Below are positions 63,668 to 64,000 of a stretch of 64,000 nucleotides of DNA, in pieces; within the stretch, counting starts at the first letter, position 1; each line of letters opens with the position of its first letter. The notes under the pieces were generated by a model. It had not been told where the DNA came from and searched no databases. It was given only the letters and a program-made list of their open reading frames with translations. Source of the DNA: Octopus sinensis (Eukaryota); assembly GCF_006345805.1 (NCBI RefSeq), contig NC_043026.1, positions 11,346,001 to 11,410,000 of the forward strand, read 5' to 3'. A program made the position numbers and the translations under genes.

Positions 63668-64000
63668 CGCTACATCATAATTTTAGTCTACTTACCGTTT
63701 ATTTTGCGATCCGATTCTTCATAACACATCACGAACCGTTATTCCATAGATACAGTTTATGGTCATCAGCTCGAGTTGGGTGCTTCGTAATCATCTTATC
63801 TGTTTAAAGCTATTGTATTCTTTTGATTGAACTCCTAGCTATTTGATGTTTTTACATAACTCTTATGAATTACTGTCGGATGGTTCCAGGTGATGACCTC
63901 GCTAATATTCTAAGATTACGGATTTTCAAAATGTTTTAAACTGTGACTGGGAGAAAATGGGTATATTTTAATACTGAAAGTTTCGAAATTTGCCGAAAAA

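Overview
AT-rich, repeat-dense animal genomic DNA. The SINE families, AT microsatellites and tandem C2H2-ZNF array suggest Octopus or another coleoid cephalopod (inference; no database search was possible). Positions ~3.9-46 kb hold five C2H2 zinc-finger genes (20, 12, 8, 12 and 9-10 fingers), each with an intronless CDS. Four of them are paralogs that share a conserved promoter motif, non-coding exons and a 3' end, and three of the five genes carry decayed fingers behind the stop codon. Positions 54-64 kb hold a replication-dependent core-histone cluster (H2B<-/->H2A, H4<-/->H3, H2B<-/->H2A) with no H1 visible. Interspersed are a 5'-truncated Tx1-like LINE with two in-frame stops, CR1-like and CRE-like LINE fragments, a mariner deletion derivative, MITEs, a foldback-like element and four SINE-type families. 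The most unusual observations are: (1) at least five different type I hammerhead-ribozyme motifs, mostly inside long palindromic Penelope-like insertions, plus one in a 400-bp retrozyme-like tandem repeat; (2) a hAT MITE with an 8-bp TSD that contains a 198-bp copy of the zinc-finger CDS of the gene it sits beside; (3) SINEs and short retro-inserts sharing a 3' tail with the Tx1-like LINE, including three independent insertions in the histone spacers. All coordinates were read by eye and repeat boundaries are approximate.
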